56,053 nt of DNA from Deltaproteobacteria bacterium (GCA_034670305.1 JAXMNT010000049.1:1-56053), one strand, 5' to 3'. Positions 31,263-41,167 are shown, counted from the first letter of the stretch. The notes: generated from the sequence alone by a model not told the origin. Numbers and translations are program-made.

Positions 31263-31736
31263 GTGGCGCAGGTCGAAGCCACGAGCCGGGTCGAGACGAC
31301 GTTCCCCTTCGAATGTGGGTGCGGCTACGAAGGCGTGGCGCAGGTGACCGGACGGGGATTCACGACGGTGGACGAAGGTGCGGCGCTCTTTCGGAACCAC
31401 CACGCGAAAGAGATGGCGCTCGACCACGCCGAAGGCCTCGCATGGGCGGACGCGCTGAGCAGTGTGGAACTCGCGCCCTGCCCCCGATGCGGCGCCCGAG
31501 ATCGGGGCCGATGGCAAACCTGGCTCGGGGCGATCGCGGTCCCCGTCGTGACCTGGGGGCTGCTCGGAGGCATCGTGACCATGCTCGGCACGTTTCTGCT
31601 CCGGCAGCGGCTCGATCATTGGCCGCTGGTGTGTGGGCTCATCGCGGCGCCGCTGGTGGGGTTCGGGGTCTTCTGGTTCAAGGTCTCCCGCAAGCGGAAG
31701 GCCAGTGCGGCGCTCTCCTTCGACCCGGTCCGATGA
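31263..31736 (+). CDS. Hypothetical Zn-ribbon membrane protein
   Basis: CGCG and CPRCG pairs plus two C-terminal TM helices; ATGA overlap with the next gene. Start may be TTG 31257 or GTG 31263. Confidence 0.7.
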   Translation: MAQVEATSRVETTFPFECGCGYEGVAQVTGRGFTTVDEGAALFRNHHAKEMALDHAEGLAWADALSSVELAPCPRCGARDRGRWQTWLGAIAVPVVTWGLLGGIVTMLGTFLLRQRLDHWPLVCGLIAAPLVGFGVFWFKVSRKRKASAALSFDPVR

Positions 31737-32602
31737 GGGGTCGGGCGGGCGCGGGTCGACCTACGAGCCGTGGGTCCCGATGGCTGCGGCGCTCTGTGCT
31801 GATCGGCTGCGCGATGCTTCCCTGCGTGCCTGCAAGTGCGCCCCTTCGACGGGTCATGGAAGCCGGGGAGACCCTCTCCGGTCTCGAGCACCCACCGGCG
31901 GTCCCGGAAGTGCGGGAAGGCACGACGCGGATCTACGGAGAAGGACGACCGCTCGTGCTGCTGCACGGCGCCCACGCGCTCGGCAACGAAGACGTGCGGA
32001 TCGACGCCCTCGCGCGGGTCATCGCAAACCGCGGGCTGAAGGTGTTCGTGCCTTCGTTGCCCGGTCTGCGAAGCCTGCGGCTGCTCGACGACGACGCCGC
32101 CCTCGTCCGGCGCGTCGGACCCGAAGGTGCGGCGCTGGTGGGCGTGAGCCTGGGGGGCACCCTCGCGCTTCGGCTCGCCTCGCACGATCCCGAAGGACGC
32201 TGGTCGATGGTGTGGACGATCGGGGCGGCGCATGATCTGGGCACCCTCGCCCGGTCCGCCCGAGCGCCGGACGCAGACGCGTACTTGATGGAAGTCGTGC
32301 GCTCCATCGCCGGCGGCAGCCTCGAGCAGGGCGGCTTCGAGCGGGCGTTGATGCGATCCGCGCGCCACTCCCCGGCCGGGCACCTCCGCGACGTGGCGCT
32401 CCCGGTGTTCGTCCTCCACGGCGAATCCGACCCGCTCGTCTCGAGCGACCACGGCGAACGAATCTGCGCGGAGGCGCCGCACTGCCGCGTCTTGATCTCT
32501 CCCGTGCTCTCGCACTCCGAAGTCGAGACCGCGACCTTCTTGGACCGGTTCCGGCTCGGTCAGTTCCTGGCGGAGACGCTGCGGGTCGCGCGCGGTCGCT
32601 GA
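31733..32602 (+). CDS. Alpha/beta-fold hydrolase
   Basis: LVLLHG, nucleophile elbow GVSLG, LHGESD and a candidate catalytic His in LSHS. Confidence 0.75.
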   Translation: MRGRAGAGRPTSRGSRWLRRSVLIGCAMLPCVPASAPLRRVMEAGETLSGLEHPPAVPEVREGTTRIYGEGRPLVLLHGAHALGNEDVRIDALARVIANRGLKVFVPSLPGLRSLRLLDDDAALVRRVGPEGAALVGVSLGGTLALRLASHDPEGRWSMVWTIGAAHDLGTLARSARAPDADAYLMEVVRSIAGGSLEQGGFERALMRSARHSPAGHLRDVALPVFVLHGESDPLVSSDHGERICAEAPHCRVLISPVLSHSEVETATFLDRFRLGQFLAETLRVARGR

Positions 32603-32618
32603 GGTCCTCGCGACACGG

Positions 32619-35282
32619 TCAGGGGACCGACCAGTCTTGATCGAAGAAGCCGTGGGCACGGTACGCGCAGTCCACCGGTTCGGCGAAGTTCGGACTGCCG
32701 TCGTCCCGGCGCGCGCCTCCGCACGACCACTGTCCGCGCGCATTCTCCACCCGCGCGTCGAAGACGACGTAGTCCGCGAGGATCTCGGGCAGGAAGCGGG
32801 CGCGCCAGGTTCCGAGCGGCTCCGTTCCAGCGACCACGAGCACCGCATGGTCCGGATAGTCTGGGTTGGGCGCCACGAAGACCGTGCCGGTCTGCGGCCC
32901 GGCGTGGCTGTCGGTGCCCACACACACCCGGTGGCCGTCCCACTCGAACCGCACCGGCAGTTGCTCCCGCCAACGCGCGACGAGGCGGTTGCTCCAGGGA
33001 GGCCCGACCAGCACCAGGGTCGCGTTCGCGATCATCTCCGGGGTCACGTCCACGTCGTCGACGATCGGGTAGGAGACGTCGACGCCCTTCGGGTGCGCCC
33101 ACTCGTGCGCGGTCAGGCGGTTGAGCAGGGTGTGATCCGGATCCGACGTGCCGACGACAAAGACCAGCCGCTCGTGAAAGACGTCGTAAATCGGTCCGGA
33201 GACGCCGGCTCGTTTCGCGGTCCGCGGCGCCTGCCCGAGCACCCAGCGGCCGTCGCGTCGGCGAATGCTGAGCGGACTCGGACCCTCGAGCGTCTGTCCG
33301 TCGATCGACACGGCGAACGAATCGGGCAACGTGGGCGGCGCCTCGAACGTCAGGCCATCCACGTGTTCGGCAGTCACATGCACGCCGCCGTCGCGCACCA
33401 CGGCGTCGACCTGGGAGAACTGGTCCGATGCGCTGCGCGCGTCGATGCGGACCCAGTGCGACCGGAGGGTGCGTTCGCGCGCGGTGCGAAGGCGCACGTG
33501 TCTCGGCGCGGTGGGCAGCCGGTGGCGTTCGAACCACTCGAAGATCGCGCCGCCCGCGTACGTCTCCGTCCACACGTTGTGACCAAGCGCCGGCTCCCGG
33601 TGTTCGACCTCGTACCCCAGCGCACGCATGCGCTCGACTTCGGTCCGGGTCCAGGCGAGTGGGCGGTCCCGGGTGCCACGCACGAGCAGCATCGGGAGGT
33701 GGTTGGCGTTGAACGTCCAGTCGACATCGCTGCGCCGCGCCTGGAGAAAACGTTCCACGTCGGTGAGGCCCTCGTGGTGGGTGTCCTGACGGACCCGTTG
33801 GTCGTGGTAGCCCGCCAGCCCGGCCGACGCGGCGAAGAGATCCGGGTGGCGCACCGGCAAGAACACGGCGCCGGTCCCGCCCATCGAGCCGCCGGTGATG
33901 TAGATGCGGCGCGGGTCGATCCGGAAGCGGGCGCGCACGTCGGCCAGCGCTTCGAGCACGTCCTGCTCGCCCATGGTGCGGTACATCGACTGCCCGCGGG
34001 CCTGCGGCGCGATGACGAACATCGGTCCAGCGGTCGGCGCGGTCCCATGCCGCCCGTGCGCGTCCAGCGTCTCTCCGCCGCGCCAGTCCCGCGCGAGTCC
34101 AAAGGTGTTGCGGAAGTAGTCGCCCGCGTTGCCCTTGAAGCCGTGCAGGGTGATCACGAGCGGCCAATCGCGCCGGCCTCGGTACGCGGGCGGCACGAAC
34201 AGCTCGTAGGGCTGTGCGGTGCCGTCGAGCCGCGAGACATGCGCCATGCGCACGTAGCCACGCGGCGCCCCGAAGGGATCGCGCCCGCGATCGAGCTCGC
34301 GCACCAAGGTGCGGGCCTCTTGCCGGAGCAGATCCCGCCAGGCCCGATCCGGTTCCTGTTCTCGGACCGCGCGCAACATCTCTTCAGCCCGCCACTGGAC
34401 CGGTGCCACCGAGGCCTCGGGCACCTGGCCGTCGCGAAGCCGCTGAAGCAGGGAGGCGGCCGCGGCGAGCAGCGGGCGGTCGAGGGAGATCAGCGCGCCG
34501 GTGCGGACGGGCTCGCCGGCCAGCACGAGCCCGTGGTCGGGCGTGCCCCGGGTCGGCATGGGCAGCGTGTGCACCGCCTCGACCCCCGGTGAGAACGTCT
34601 GGTCGGAGCCGGCGAAGGTCGCGGTGCTCGGTCGGTCGACCCCGCCGGCCGGAAACGAGACCCGGACGGTTGAGACAGACTCGAGCGCAGCGTCGAGCGT
34701 GTGGGTCTCTTCCACCTGCATCGCGGCGCGGGCCAACCCGGCGGCGTCCAACGTGGACACGGTCGCGGTCGCGGTGCCGAAGCCAGCGCGGTGCTGGGCG
34801 TCGAGCACCCGCAGCTTCAATCGCCAGCCACCCTCCTCCGGGGCGCCCACCCGAAGCGCGAGTCGATGCGGGCCCGCGGGAAGCGGCACCGTCACGAGTC
34901 GATCGTCGTCTCGGAACCGCCAGCGTTCATGACGGCCCAGCGTTCGGCCGTCGAGTTGGACCTCGACGGAGCCGTGCAGGCCGACGAGCAGGTGGAGCGT
35001 CGTCGCGGCGGGCGCCCGCAGGTCGAGGCCGATCCAAGTGGCGTCGGCGCGGGTCCAGTCGCTCGGGTCGAGCGTGTCCGGCGAGGCGTGGGCACCGACC
35101 GCCGTCCAGTCGGGCGCGGCGCCGTCACCGAGCAGTCGCCAGGTACCGAGCACCCCTTCGGCTCCGGTGAGGACGCGCACCGATTCCGCGGCCGGCGCGT
35201 CGTCCTGAGCGCGAACCGGCTGGGACACGGTCGACGCGAGAAGCAGTGGGATCAGCGAGCCCAGAGCCGTCGACGAACGCAT
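32619..35282 (-). CDS. Large secreted serine hydrolase (S9/esterase-like)
   Basis: Signal peptide (VRA-Q), PLVITLHG, YITGGSMGG, GTRD and GHNVW. Confidence 0.82.
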   Translation of the reverse strand: MRSSTALGSLIPLLLASTVSQPVRAQDDAPAAESVRVLTGAEGVLGTWRLLGDGAAPDWTAVGAHASPDTLDPSDWTRADATWIGLDLRAPAATTLHLLVGLHGSVEVQLDGRTLGRHERWRFRDDDRLVTVPLPAGPHRLALRVGAPEEGGWRLKLRVLDAQHRAGFGTATATVSTLDAAGLARAAMQVEETHTLDAALESVSTVRVSFPAGGVDRPSTATFAGSDQTFSPGVEAVHTLPMPTRGTPDHGLVLAGEPVRTGALISLDRPLLAAAASLLQRLRDGQVPEASVAPVQWRAEEMLRAVREQEPDRAWRDLLRQEARTLVRELDRGRDPFGAPRGYVRMAHVSRLDGTAQPYELFVPPAYRGRRDWPLVITLHGFKGNAGDYFRNTFGLARDWRGGETLDAHGRHGTAPTAGPMFVIAPQARGQSMYRTMGEQDVLEALADVRARFRIDPRRIYITGGSMGGTGAVFLPVRHPDLFAASAGLAGYHDQRVRQDTHHEGLTDVERFLQARRSDVDWTFNANHLPMLLVRGTRDRPLAWTRTEVERMRALGYEVEHREPALGHNVWTETYAGGAIFEWFERHRLPTAPRHVRLRTARERTLRSHWVRIDARSASDQFSQVDAVVRDGGVHVTAEHVDGLTFEAPPTLPDSFAVSIDGQTLEGPSPLSIRRRDGRWVLGQAPRTAKRAGVSGPIYDVFHERLVFVVGTSDPDHTLLNRLTAHEWAHPKGVDVSYPIVDDVDVTPEMIANATLVLVGPPWSNRLVARWREQLPVRFEWDGHRVCVGTDSHAGPQTGTVFVAPNPDYPDHAVLVVAGTEPLGTWRARFLPEILADYVVFDARVENARGQWSCGGARRDDGSPNFAEPVDCAYRAHGFFDQDWSVP

Positions 35283-35421
35283 GCCCGATCGTAGCAGCGT
35301 CGCCCGCACGGGCCGAATGATCGGAGCGCGGAGCGACCGGAAAGAAAGTGTGCGCCGGTCGCGCCACCTGCGCGTTCAGGAGGTGAACACGGCGAAAGCC
35401 ACCCACCACCAGGAACTCACC

Positions 35422-35781
35422 ATGAAGACCCAAGCCCTTTTCGTTGCCCTGCTCGCCACCCTCACGATGGGCCTCGCCCCTGCGCTTCTCCCCCAAGCGC
35501 AGGCCTGTGGCAGCTACGGCGTGCAGCTGCCCGACCCGAGCGAGAAGGCGGAGTGGTTCACCATGCTGCACCTTCGGCGCCGAGGCGTGCAGGACCCGCG
35601 GGTGGACCAACTGCAGGCCATCTCCCCGAGCCACTACCTGGCCACGGTCTCGTTCGAGATCGCGATGAACAACCGCCGGCCCGTCCGCCAGACGGAACGG
35701 CTCGACGTGATGGCCGCGTACGACGGCAGCTGGCATGTCCAGCCGGCGCAGCCCGTGTCGGTCGAGCGCGCGACCAAGTGA
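35422..35781 (+). CDS. Small secreted hypothetical protein
   Basis: AGGA ribosome-binding site; signal peptide ending AQA-C. Confidence 0.72.
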   Translation: MKTQALFVALLATLTMGLAPALLPQAQACGSYGVQLPDPSEKAEWFTMLHLRRRGVQDPRVDQLQAISPSHYLATVSFEIAMNNRRPVRQTERLDVMAAYDGSWHVQPAQPVSVERATK

Positions 35782-35790
35782 GGGGAAGCG

Positions 35791-35814
35791 ACGCGCCGCA
35801 TCCGTGCGGCGCGT
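35791..35814. terminator. Stem-loop between convergent genes
   Basis: ACGCGCCGCA-TCCG-TGCGGCGCGT, a perfect 10-bp stem. Confidence 0.5.
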
Positions 35815-35867
35815 GTCGCCCTGCCTGGAGCACCAGCGGCGAGGCGAGGCCCCAAGAGGCAAGGACG

Positions 35868-36650
35868 TCAGTCGTGAAGCGAGTGCACGGTCGCAAGCAG
35901 GCGGTCCACGCTCACGTCCATGCGGCTTCGAATCAGATCCATGACCTCTTCGATCTCTTCCGCACCGGTGGGCCCGCCCTCGATCTCCAGCGCAGCGCGA
36001 AGCTGCGCCTTCGTCTCTCGGTCGAGTTTGTCCCGCACCTTCGCGAGCTGCCGCACGATGGTCGACCGGTCGACGCGGTACATGGTCGCGAGTTTCTCGA
36101 GCGTGACCTTCCGCAAGAAGTGCATTCGCAAGAGGTTGCGCTCCCTCGAGTCCAGCGCTTCAACGGCTTGTTCGAACGCGGCGGCGAACGCGCCCCGGTA
36201 CTTCTGTTTCAAGAAGCTGAGCTCGGGGTCCTTCTCGCCGCTCCGGTCCACGATGGGATCGTCGCCCGGCCGCATCCGATCGAGTTTGCGAAGCATGCTG
36301 ATCGCGGTGCGGGTGGCGGTGACCTTCAGGAGCCCGCGAAGCGACCCACGCCCCGCGTATCCGACGAGCTTCGGTGGGTCGCCCACCAGCAGTTTGCGCC
36401 GCACCTCTTGTTTGACCTCGTCCACGAGATCGTCGTCGAGTTTCATCCGCCCGAGCGCGGCGTCGATGCCGTCGAAGTAGGACTCGAGTTCCGCCTGGGC
36501 CTTCCGGTGGCCGGCGGTGCACGCGAGCGCCAGCGCGAGTTCGTACTGGCGGTCTTCGCCCACTTCGCCGCCGATCTCGGCAAGCGCGGCATCGAATGCG
36601 GTCTGGTCCACGGGCCAAGGAAAGTTCACGAAAGGAGTTGTATCAGTCAT
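35868..36650 (-). CDS. Myxococcales-type ECF-like RNA polymerase sigma-70 factor
   Basis: LALACTAG, EVKQEVRRKLLV, YAGRGSLRGLL, DPELSFLK, ERNLLRMHF and MYRVDRSTIVR. Confidence 0.85.
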   Translation of the reverse strand: MTDTTPFVNFPWPVDQTAFDAALAEIGGEVGEDRQYELALALACTAGHRKAQAELESYFDGIDAALGRMKLDDDLVDEVKQEVRRKLLVGDPPKLVGYAGRGSLRGLLKVTATRTAISMLRKLDRMRPGDDPIVDRSGEKDPELSFLKQKYRGAFAAAFEQAVEALDSRERNLLRMHFLRKVTLEKLATMYRVDRSTIVRQLAKVRDKLDRETKAQLRAALEIEGGPTGAEEIEEVMDLIRSRMDVSVDRLLATVHSLHD

Positions 36651-36672
36651 GCCGCCGCGTGAGGTTGTGACC

Positions 36673-39495
36673 ATGGGCTGCCCCGACGATGCCACGCTCA
36701 ACGCGTTGATCGAAGGAGAGCTCCATGCGGAAGCCCTGCCCGCGATCGACGCCCATCTCGACGAGTGTTCCTCGTGCCGAGATGTGGTCGCCACGCTCGC
36801 CTCCGGCCCGCGCCTCAAACGTCGGCTCGAGCCGGGCGCGAAGGTGGGTCGGTTCGTGCTCGAGGAACCGATCGGCGAAGGCGCGATGGGTGCGGTGTAC
36901 GCCGCGCTCGACCCAGAGCTCGGCCGGCGGGTGGCCATCAAACGGCTGCACCCAGAAGTCGACGCGGAGCGCGCCCGGGCCCGGCTCGTACGCGAGGCGC
37001 AGTCGATGGCGAAGCTCGCACATCCACACGTCGTCACCGTGTTCGAGGTGGGCACGCTGCAAGACGAAGGGTCGGGCGAGGAGACGGTGTTCGTCGCCAT
37101 GGAGCTCGTCGAAGGGTCGAGCTTGCGCCAGTGGCTGACCCAGAAGCCGGACCGAGATGCAGTGCTCGTCGCGCTCCGAGACGCCGCGTCGGGACTGCGC
37201 GCCGCCCACGAAGCGGGCCTCGTGCACCGCGACTTCAAACCCGACAACGTCCTCGTCGACGCGCAGGGCCGGGCGAAGGTGACGGACTTCGGTCTCGCCT
37301 TCGAGTCCAGTCGGCCACCTGACCAAGCCTCTCCCCCCGGGCTGCCGAAGTCGGCGCCGACCATGACCCGGACCGGCGCCCTGCTCGGCACCCCGGCGTA
37401 TATGGCGCCCGAACAGCTCGACGGGCAGCCAGCGGATGCGCGCTCCGACCAGTTCGCGTTCTGTGTGTCGGCGTGGGAAGCGCTCTTCGGGACGCGTCCG
37501 TTCCAGGGGAACACGATCGCGGAGCTGCAGGCGTCGATCGCGGACGGGCCGCCGGCGGTTCGCACCAGTGCAGTCCTCAAGAAGCTGGTGACGCACCTGC
37601 GGCGCGGTCTCTCGCACGACCCCGCCGACCGCCACGACTCGGTGGCCGCTCTCGAACGCGCGCTGGTGCTTCCGTCGCGCCGACTCGGGTGGGCGGTTGC
37701 CGCTGTGGCCGCGCTCGCGCCCATCGCACTGTTCGCCGCCATGCAATCGGACGCGCCGTGCGAAACCCCGGGCGGGCTGCTGGAGTGGGCGCCCGGACAA
37801 GAGGAGGCCGCAACGAATGCCTGGGGCGCCGACGCAGCCGCGCTCGTCCCGCGCATCGCCCAGTTCATGGCGCGGTTCAACGACGCGCGGCGCGGGGTGT
37901 GCGAGGCCACCCATGTCCGGCGCGAACAATCGGACGTGCTGCTCGACCGACGCATGGCGTGTCTGGACCGCGCGGCGACTTCCTTCGGCTGGGTGCTCTC
38001 GGAGACGATCGAGAACGAGGATGGCGAGTTCGTGCTGACCGCCCTTCCCGATCTCGAGGTGTGTGCAGGGCTGCTGGAGGGCGTGGAACCGATTCCCGAG
38101 ACGTCCCAGGCGCTCGCGAACGATCTGGAGCGCTGGTCGGTCGCACTCCAACTCGCCTCCTCGGCACCGAGCGCGGACGAAGTTGCGTCGATGCGCGCCC
38201 GCGCCGCAGCCACGGGCCACCACGGACTGCACGTCGACGCTCAGCTGATGGCTGGGTCCGCGTCGGCGGCGCGAGGCGACTGGACCACCTCCGAAGCCGA
38301 GACCCAGGAAGCGCTGCTGCTGGCCGAAGCCCAGACCGATCCAGGCCGAGTCGCGCGCGCGTGGCTTCAAGCCGCCCGCATCTCCGGGGAGCGTGGCCGA
38401 TACGCCGAAGCCGAAGAACGCGCGCGTCATGCCGTCGCTCAAGCGGACCGGGCGGGCGAACGGCAGCTGTCCATCCGGGCCGGGCTGGTGCGGGTCATCG
38501 CGCTGACGCACCTCGAACGTTTTGATCGCGCCACCGAGGTGCTCGCGACGCTCGATGCGCAGGAGGATGTGGGTCCACTCCTCGCCGCGCGCATCGAGAC
38601 GAGCCGGGGCGACCTGCTGCGGCGGCAGGCGTTTTGCGACGAAGCGCTCGCGGCCCACGAACGGGCGCTCGAACTCGACCGGTCGGAGCTCGGTCCGACC
38701 CACCCCCGCCTCGCGCGACACCACCACAACCGCGGCGGCGTCCTGCGTGAAGCCGGCCGTCTCGAAGATGCCCGGGAAGCGTACGAAGCGGCGCTTGCCC
38801 TGTGGCCGCCGGCGTCTCTCGGGTTCGCGCGCACCACCAACAGCTTGGGGCTTGTCGATCGGAGCGAAGGGCAACCAGTGCGCGCGCGCGAACGCTTCGA
38901 AGGCGCCTTCCAGATCCTGACCGCACTCGAACACGCGGACGCGAGCCAGCCACGGTTCAACCTCGCCAAACTCGACATCGACGGGGACGACCCCGGCCAC
39001 GGCTTGGCTTCGCTGCAGGCACTGTTGGCCGAGGTCGAGCCGAGGTTCGGGGACTCGTCGCGCGTCCTCGAGATCCGGATGGCGATGGCCGAAGCCTACG
39101 ACCGCCTCGACCGACCCGAAGACGCGCGCGCCGAACGGCTGGGCGCGGCGGCGCTCGCCGAGCGGCTCGGACGCGACGACATCGCGGAGACGATCCGCGG
39201 GGCGGCCCCGACGCTGGAAGCCACCGAGGCGGTCGAGCCCAGCACCGCGCCGACGCCCATGCGGCGCGCGCGACCAGGTGAGACCGCGTCTGCGACCCGC
39301 ACGCGCACCACGATGGATGCGACGGAGACGCAGGCGGACCCCGCGCCCGCCGTCACCGAGACTGCCGAACCCACGATGCAGCCGACCATCGAGCCGACCA
39401 TGCAGCCGACCATGCAGCCGACCGTGCAGCCGACCATGCAGGCCACGCGCGGCGGGAGTGGGAGCTCCTACATGCCGGACCCAGCCTGGCAGTAG
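36673..39495 (+). CDS. Ser/Thr protein kinase with N-terminal Zn-finger (anti-sigma-like), TM segment and TPR region
   Basis: C..HLDECSSC; GEGAMG, VAIK, HRDFKPDN, DFG and GTPAYMAPE; LLDRRMACL; TPR-like helices. Confidence 0.93.
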   Translation: MGCPDDATLNALIEGELHAEALPAIDAHLDECSSCRDVVATLASGPRLKRRLEPGAKVGRFVLEEPIGEGAMGAVYAALDPELGRRVAIKRLHPEVDAERARARLVREAQSMAKLAHPHVVTVFEVGTLQDEGSGEETVFVAMELVEGSSLRQWLTQKPDRDAVLVALRDAASGLRAAHEAGLVHRDFKPDNVLVDAQGRAKVTDFGLAFESSRPPDQASPPGLPKSAPTMTRTGALLGTPAYMAPEQLDGQPADARSDQFAFCVSAWEALFGTRPFQGNTIAELQASIADGPPAVRTSAVLKKLVTHLRRGLSHDPADRHDSVAALERALVLPSRRLGWAVAAVAALAPIALFAAMQSDAPCETPGGLLEWAPGQEEAATNAWGADAAALVPRIAQFMARFNDARRGVCEATHVRREQSDVLLDRRMACLDRAATSFGWVLSETIENEDGEFVLTALPDLEVCAGLLEGVEPIPETSQALANDLERWSVALQLASSAPSADEVASMRARAAATGHHGLHVDAQLMAGSASAARGDWTTSEAETQEALLLAEAQTDPGRVARAWLQAARISGERGRYAEAEERARHAVAQADRAGERQLSIRAGLVRVIALTHLERFDRATEVLATLDAQEDVGPLLAARIETSRGDLLRRQAFCDEALAAHERALELDRSELGPTHPRLARHHHNRGGVLREAGRLEDAREAYEAALALWPPASLGFARTTNSLGLVDRSEGQPVRARERFEGAFQILTALEHADASQPRFNLAKLDIDGDDPGHGLASLQALLAEVEPRFGDSSRVLEIRMAMAEAYDRLDRPEDARAERLGAAALAERLGRDDIAETIRGAAPTLEATEAVEPSTAPTPMRRARPGETASATRTRTTMDATETQADPAPAVTETAEPTMQPTIEPTMQPTMQPTVQPTMQATRGGSGSSYMPDPAWQ
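39370..39441 (+). repeat. Coding 12-nt tandem repeat (PTMQ)x6
   Basis: CCGACCATGCAG-type units near the kinase C-terminus. Confidence 0.85.
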
Positions 39496-39505
39496 GTGCG
39501 TGTCC

Positions 39506-40468
39506 TCAGAGGCCAGCGCCGGAGATGCTGCAGCCGCCGCCGGACGACTCTGGCTCGGACGGCGCCGCTGCCGTCGAACTCGTCATCGCAGGCGCCGGCG
39601 CTTCCTCCATCGTCGGGGCCGGCACTTCGGCTGGCTCGGGTTCGGGCTCGGGCTCGGGCTCCGGCTCGGGCTCCGGAGCCGGCATGTGCGGCGCCGGTCC
39701 CGCGGTCTTCAGGATGTGGTCCGGGTCGCCGAGGAACTCGAAGTGCATCGTGTCTTGGAGCGCGTCGCGGCCGAGCCAGTAGAAACCGAAACGCTCGAAG
39801 ACGTGCACCCAGCACGATGGCATCGCCATGCGTTCGTAGATGGACTCGACCGGGTTCTGACAGAGCGGATGATCGCCCCACTGTGCGACACACATGCAGC
39901 AGGTGTTGAGCTGCGGGTCGACGTCGATGGCGATGCCGTAGACGTGGTTGCTCACTTGGCCGTTGTGGTAGGTGTTGCGGGTTCGCAGACCGGAGAGGCG
40001 CACCGGCGTGTAGGTGTCGCCGCACTCGGCCTTGATGACCTCTTCGACGCACTCGAGCGCGGGCACGATGCGCTGGTTGATGCGGACCGGCAGATCCATC
40101 CACTGGATCCGGGTGGCGTAGTGGCTCGGCGGGTGTTCGTTGTCGCGCGCCCGGCCAAAGCCCTCGAAGTAGCCGTAGCGTTCCGTCCGCCAGTCCACCG
40201 CTTGTTTCTGTAGGTCGCGCCGGCGGCGCTGCTCTTCAGGCGGCTGGGTCCAGCGCGGCAAGAAATTCTCCCGCACCAGGTACGGCACCGGGTCCTGGTA
40301 GTTGCACACCGTGGTGTTCTCGGGCCTCGGCGGGACATCGTCAGGAATCGGGGCCCGCGCCGGTCGTGGCCGCTCTTGTCCATCGGCGGAGGACAGCCCG
40401 ACCGAGGCGCACATCAAGGCGACGCCACTGAGCATGGTGAGAAGCAGAACGTTCCGGCGCGTAGACAT
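39506..40468 (-). CDS. Secreted M15-family (D-Ala-D-Ala-type) metallopeptidase with PE-rich tail
   Basis: SNHVYGIAIDV (SxHx6D) and DTMHFE; signal peptide; ends SSGGGCSISGAGL. Confidence 0.85.
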   Translation of the reverse strand: MSTRRNVLLLTMLSGVALMCASVGLSSADGQERPRPARAPIPDDVPPRPENTTVCNYQDPVPYLVRENFLPRWTQPPEEQRRRRDLQKQAVDWRTERYGYFEGFGRARDNEHPPSHYATRIQWMDLPVRINQRIVPALECVEEVIKAECGDTYTPVRLSGLRTRNTYHNGQVSNHVYGIAIDVDPQLNTCCMCVAQWGDHPLCQNPVESIYERMAMPSCWVHVFERFGFYWLGRDALQDTMHFEFLGDPDHILKTAGPAPHMPAPEPEPEPEPEPEPEPAEVPAPTMEEAPAPAMTSSTAAAPSEPESSGGGCSISGAGL

Positions 40469-40542
40469 GCGGGCCTCATACCGCGCTTCTTTCTTTCCGT
40501 CACGGGCCACGCGCTTCGTGTGGCCTGTGTCGCGCGCTCCGC

Positions 40543-40573
40543 CCGCTGTCCGCTGTCCGCTGTCCGCTGTCCG
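40543..40573. repeat. Intergenic heptamer tandem repeat (CCGCTGT)x4
   Basis: Four exact copies plus a trailing CCG. Confidence 0.9.
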
Positions 40574-40591
40574 AAGTGTGCCGCTGCTGGG

Positions 40592-41167
40592 TCAGCTTCG
40601 GAGTCGGGACTGGACGACCGAGAGAAAGCCCTCGGGGGTGTAGAAGGTGAAGTGGTACGGACCAAGTTCGATGTCCGCGCCGTCGGTGAGTCGGACGGCC
40701 TGCTTCGGAACCAGCTTCTTGCCCGCGACCTTGGTTCCGTTCTTGGAGCCGGCGTCGGTGATCTCGAACCCGTCTTCCGTCTTCGAGATGTACGCGTGGT
40801 ACTTCGAGACCTTGCCGAGGAAGACGCAGACATCGACGCTGCGCGCGCGCCCGAGTCCGATGCGGTCGGCGAACACCCCGCCGGCGCGTTTGGTCACCGG
40901 GTAGACGGTCCCGATGCCGGGGCCGTCCAAGTCGGCGTCGGGTGCACCAGGCGCGATGGTCTCGCCCTTCGCCGCTGGATGGTTCCCGGTGTCCGCGAGC
41001 GACTTCTGCTTGAGCATCTCGTCACGCGAAGACACGGCTGTGTGGAAGCCTGCCACGTCGTCTTCCCAGCTCTCGGCGCGGACCAAGAACGGGTGATCGT
41101 GTCGCTCGCGGAATCGGTGGATTCCGTACTCCCGCAGCTCGCGAACGTAGTCGATCAGTCGACCCAC
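40592..41167 (-). CDS. FHA domain protein
   Basis: LGR..VSKYHA..DAGSKNGT; TATGGT lies 6 nt before GTG 41167. Confidence 0.9.
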   Translation of the reverse strand: MGRLIDYVRELREYGIHRFRERHDHPFLVRAESWEDDVAGFHTAVSSRDEMLKQKSLADTGNHPAAKGETIAPGAPDADLDGPGIGTVYPVTKRAGGVFADRIGLGRARSVDVCVFLGKVSKYHAYISKTEDGFEITDAGSKNGTKVAGKKLVPKQAVRLTDGADIELGPYHFTFYTPEGFLSVVQSRLRS

